From the NCBI GenBank assembly GCA_009694265.1, contig SHVM01000001.1:29229-93228 (forward strand): 64,000 nt of DNA, in the 5' to 3' direction. Source of the DNA: Pseudolabrys sp. GTDB lineage: Bacteria > Pseudomonadota > Alphaproteobacteria > Rhizobiales > Xanthobacteraceae. Under the pieces are notes generated by a model. The model had not been told where the DNA came from and searched no databases. It saw only the letters and a program-made list of their open reading frames with translations. How positions within the stretch are numbered: the first letter of the stretch is position 1; each line of letters starts with the position of its first letter. Shown piece after piece: positions 60,769 to 64,000 of this stretch. Position numbers and translations under genes: made by a program.

Positions 60769-61824
60769 ATGCCGATGTCTATCGATCGACGCCGTCTGCT
60801 CGGTGGCACCGCTGCGGCCGGCATAGCCGGCGCAATTCCGCGGTGGGCGCGCGCTCAGGAGCCACGCGCTAAAATCCGCGTCGGTCTGGTGCGGCTGATC
60901 TCGTCCGGCCCGATTTTCATCGCCGAAGCGCGAAAATTCTTCGACAAGGTCAATCTCGACGTCGAGCTGAAATATTTTGCTGACGGTGCATTGGCTATGC
61001 CGGCGCTGGTCGCGGGCGAGCTCGATCTCACCGCTTCCACGCTCAATGCCGGCCTGTTCAACGCGGTGTCGAAAGGCGCGCCTTACAAACTCATCCTCGA
61101 TCGCGGCATCGAAAAGCCGGGCTCCGGCTCGATGACCATCGTGGCCAGCAACGCCATGTACGACGCGGGCTTCACCTCGGTCGACAAGGCCAATCTGCTC
61201 AAGGGCAAAAAGATATCCATCCAGGCGCCCGGCAGCATCGATCAGTACCTGTTCGGCCGCGCCGCCGAGAAGGCCGGGCTCGACCCGACAAAGGATCTCA
61301 ACTGGTCGAGTGGGATGCCCTATCCCGATATGATCAAGCTCATGGGCGTCGGGCAGGCGGACGCCGCCAATATCCCGGTGCCGCTCGCTTTCCTAGCTGA
61401 GAAGAACAACGCCGGCAAGATCATCGGCGCCGGCTCCGACATCGAGCCGAACGCGCAGCTCGCCTGTTGGGTCATGTCGTCAAAATTCCTAGCTGAGAGC
61501 AAATCCGCCGCTGTCCGCTTCGCCATGGTTCACACCCATGCCGCGCGGCTGTTCAACAAGGCGGCCGCCGCCAAAGACCCAGACGTCATAAAAATCGTTT
61601 CCGAAGCCACCAAGGTGCCGGCGCCGCTGATCGAGCGCGCCGCGCCACGCTGGACCTGGTTCGACGAGAAAGGAATGCCGAACGTCGAATCCTGTCTCGC
61701 ACAAGGCAAGTTCTGGAATCAGATCAAGCTGGTGAACGCGACGGTTTCGCAGCAGCAACTGTTTGATCTGTCGCCAGCGAAAGAAGCTGACGACAGGCTG
61801 AGCAAGAGCAATCCGTTCACGTGA
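60769..61824 (+). CDS. ABC substrate-binding protein, SsuA/THI5/NitT type (Tat-exported)
   Basis: RRRLLGG Tat motif; first gene of an SBP-ATPase-permease operon. Confidence 0.88.
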   Translation: MPMSIDRRRLLGGTAAAGIAGAIPRWARAQEPRAKIRVGLVRLISSGPIFIAEARKFFDKVNLDVELKYFADGALAMPALVAGELDLTASTLNAGLFNAVSKGAPYKLILDRGIEKPGSGSMTIVASNAMYDAGFTSVDKANLLKGKKISIQAPGSIDQYLFGRAAEKAGLDPTKDLNWSSGMPYPDMIKLMGVGQADAANIPVPLAFLAEKNNAGKIIGAGSDIEPNAQLACWVMSSKFLAESKSAAVRFAMVHTHAARLFNKAAAAKDPDVIKIVSEATKVPAPLIERAAPRWTWFDEKGMPNVESCLAQGKFWNQIKLVNATVSQQQLFDLSPAKEADDRLSKSNPFT

Positions 61825-61827
61825 TCG

Positions 61828-62646
61828 TTGCCGATGGGCATGCCTGCTGTTGCGATCGAGGCCGACGATCTTGGCCTAACGTTCGCGCCCGCGTCGGCTG
61901 CGCCCACAGTGGCGCTTGAAACGGTCAGTTGCCGCTTTGAGCCGGGCCGGGTTACTGCGCTGATCGGACCGAGCGGCTGCGGCAAGAGTACGCTGCTACA
62001 GATTGTGCGCGGCTTCCTCGATCCGACCCGCGGCCAGCTTCGCTTCGTAGAGCCGGCCGACGGCCGCATGGCAATACGACCTGCAATGTCCACTGTCTGG
62101 CAGGCGTTCAACTTGTTTCCTTGGCTCACCGTCGTTGAAAATGTTGCGTTCGGGCTCGACCTCGCCGGCGTGCCGCGCGCCGAACGCGATGAGCGTGCGC
62201 ACCGCGCCATCGCGGCGGTAGACCTGACCGGCTTCGAGGACCGCTACCCCCGCCAATTGTCAGGCGGCATGCGCCAGCGCGTCGGTCTTGCTCGCGCGCT
62301 GGTGATGGAGCCGGAGGTGCTGCTGCTGGACGAACCGTTCGGCGCCCTCGATGCGCAGACCCGGCTGGTGTTGCAGGAGCAACTGGCGCGGCTGGTCGAG
62401 ACCAGCGGCACCACCGCGATTCTCGTCACCCATTCAATCGAGGAAGCAATTCTGCTCGCCGACACGATCGTGGTGATGACGGCGCGGCCAGGCCGCGTCG
62501 CTGCCCGCATCGATGTGGAACTGCCGCGGCCGCGCAGCATGGCCACAACGCGCGATCCCGGCTTTGCCGCACTGTTTGACCGTATCTATGGCTTGCTGCG
62601 AGATGAAGTCATGCGGGCCATGGTGAGCGGCGGCGCGAGCGCCTGA
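61828..62646 (+). CDS. ABC ATPase, NitT/TauB family (start codon uncertain)
   Basis: GPSGCGKS, LSGGMRQR, LLDEPF, VTHSIEEA. Confidence 0.92.
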   Translation: MPMGMPAVAIEADDLGLTFAPASAAPTVALETVSCRFEPGRVTALIGPSGCGKSTLLQIVRGFLDPTRGQLRFVEPADGRMAIRPAMSTVWQAFNLFPWLTVVENVAFGLDLAGVPRAERDERAHRAIAAVDLTGFEDRYPRQLSGGMRQRVGLARALVMEPEVLLLDEPFGALDAQTRLVLQEQLARLVETSGTTAILVTHSIEEAILLADTIVVMTARPGRVAARIDVELPRPRSMATTRDPGFAALFDRIYGLLRDEVMRAMVSGGASA

Positions 62647-62649
62647 GCC

Positions 62650-63468
62650 ATGACGGAAACGCCGCCGATTTCCAACAAGACTGCTGTTGCACCGCCGGCA
62701 AGGCCAACGCGCTCGCTGCTCGACGATCCGAATGTCCTCGGATGGGGTTCGATTGTATTAGCGCTGCTAATCTGGGAGCTGGTGGCGTGGCTTTCCGGGG
62801 TGTCGGCGCTCTATCTCCCGCGCCCGTCGCAGATCGTCGTCGCGCTGATCACCATGTTCGGAAGTGGCGGCTTAGTCGTCGACCTTGCCGTCACGCTCTG
62901 GCGCATCTTCGCCGGCTTCGCGCTCGCGCTTGTCCTCGGTACGCTGCTCGGCCTTTGGATTTCCACCTCATTCCGCACGCGTGCGGTGGCCGATATGTTT
63001 ATTGCCGCGCTCTACCCGCTGCCGAAAGTGACCTTAATTCCACTGCTAATCATCTGGCTCGGGACAGGTGGCCCGTTCATGCTGACCATCAGTTTCCTAG
63101 GTGCGATCTTCCCGATCGTGATCAACACCGTTCTGGGCGTCAGCCAGTGCGATCCCGGCTTGGTTCTGGCAGCGCGCGATCTCGGCGCCAACCGGCAGCA
63201 GATCATGCGCCGAGTGTTGTTGCCGAGCGCGATCCCGTCAATCTTCGCAGGCATGCGACTCGGACTCGGTGTGTCCATCATTCTGGTCGTCGCCGCCGAA
63301 ATGGTGGTCGGCAAGACCGGGTTGGGCGCGCGTCTCTACCTGGCAGGCCAAATTCTGGAAACCGAACAGGTGTTCGCTGTCTTGATCGTGCTGGCCGCGC
63401 TCGGCATCGTTGTGACCAAGTTGCAGGATGCGGTCGACGCGTCGCTCAGCAACTGGCGAACCGATTGA
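62650..63468 (+). CDS. ABC permease, NitT/TauC family
   Basis: LYPLPKVTLIPL, EAA-like AARDLGA, AEMV. Confidence 0.92.
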   Translation: MTETPPISNKTAVAPPARPTRSLLDDPNVLGWGSIVLALLIWELVAWLSGVSALYLPRPSQIVVALITMFGSGGLVVDLAVTLWRIFAGFALALVLGTLLGLWISTSFRTRAVADMFIAALYPLPKVTLIPLLIIWLGTGGPFMLTISFLGAIFPIVINTVLGVSQCDPGLVLAARDLGANRQQIMRRVLLPSAIPSIFAGMRLGLGVSIILVVAAEMVVGKTGLGARLYLAGQILETEQVFAVLIVLAALGIVVTKLQDAVDASLSNWRTD

Positions 63469-63497
63469 AATACAGGACGAACGAAAGGAAGACTCCC

Positions 63498-63953
63498 ATG
63501 ACAGCGATGACCAAACCGCAGCGCAACTTCAGGCTCGAATCCGTGCAACCGAAGCCGGAGCAGGCCCACACCATGCCCTATGCGCCGGCGGTGCATATCG
63601 TCGGGGCCTGCGATCTGATGTTTGTCTCCGGAGTTACACCTTCTCCGCTTTATCACCTGCATCCTCACATCGATTCCGAGCATCAGCATCCGGTCGACAT
63701 CGGCGTGCAGACCAAACGCGCGATGGCCGGTGCCAAGGAAGTGCTCGATAGCGTGGGGGCGACCTGGAGCGATGTTGTGAAGATCACCAAGTACCTAACC
63801 GACATGCGCGACGCCGATGGGATGCATGCAGCGATGCGGCCATTTTTCGGCGACTGGAAGCCGGCGAGCACAATGGTCTGCATCAACCAGCTGTCGTCGC
63901 CCGGCGCGCGCGTGGAGCTCGACATGATCGTGGCGCTGCCGAAGAAGGCCTAG
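63498..63953 (+). CDS. Rid family protein, paralog 2
   Basis: AAAGGA SD; 151 aa, 110/151 identical to paralog 1 by ungapped hand alignment. Confidence 0.88.
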   Translation: MTAMTKPQRNFRLESVQPKPEQAHTMPYAPAVHIVGACDLMFVSGVTPSPLYHLHPHIDSEHQHPVDIGVQTKRAMAGAKEVLDSVGATWSDVVKITKYLTDMRDADGMHAAMRPFFGDWKPASTMVCINQLSSPGARVELDMIVALPKKA

Positions 63954-64000
63954 TGGCGCTTTCGTCCGACCTCTCGCGCATCGTCGCTGCCGACTATCCG

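Larger units (their letters stand above)
57380..64000. mobile_element. Probable tRNA-Thr-targeted genomic island (left end; right end outside the window)
   Basis: Duplicated tRNA 3' halves ending exactly at the anticodon loop, DUF5681-like gene, visibly AT-richer sequence at about 57.4-60.7 kb (not computed). No integrase in the window; inclusion of 60.7-64 kb is inferred. Confidence 0.6.

Noticed and set aside
58782-63480. 15-bp match TTGAAATACAGGACG after two stop codons (about 58780 and 63465)
   Set aside because: A 15-mer match is roughly expected by chance among all position pairs in 64 kb, and there is no flanking similarity.

Overview
High-GC alphaproteobacterial chromosome segment (Hyphomicrobiales; gene order and repeat families suggest a Xanthobacteraceae/Nitrobacteraceae-like organism, which is an inference). 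Bases 1-48 kb are mostly core genes: acnA (partial), ccmABCD+ccmG, yciB-ftsY, mtaB-dapF, ffh-rpsP-rimM-trmD-rplS, leuC/leuD/leuB, asd, sdhCDAB, argG, rlmN, typA, folD and tRNA-Ala(CGC). Among them are two periplasmic molybdoenzyme modules, one next to a tiny Met-rich MXKDX peptide, and two genes broken by +1 homopolymer frameshifts. From about 48.4 kb the content is accessory: an uncharacterised catabolic cluster (AhpD/CMD-like, orphan ABC ATPase, DHPON-hydrolase-like, Rid, PcaB-like), a 41-aa ORF missing from the ORF track with a sigma-EcfG-type promoter, SD and terminator, and a tandem ParA/MinD-like NTPase pair. At 57.4-57.8 kb are two direct copies of the 3' half of a tRNA-Thr(CGT), read here as att scars. 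They mark the edge of an island carrying a DUF5681-like gene coupled to two small RLxKLE-motif ORFs, repeat-flanked cargo (tspO plus a conserved unknown protein), an ABC transporter and a second Rid paralog. Both Rid proteins lack the catalytic Arg and carry a His-rich insert. No CRISPR array, rRNA, transposase or integrase is visible. All family calls come from motif recognition by eye; no database search was run.
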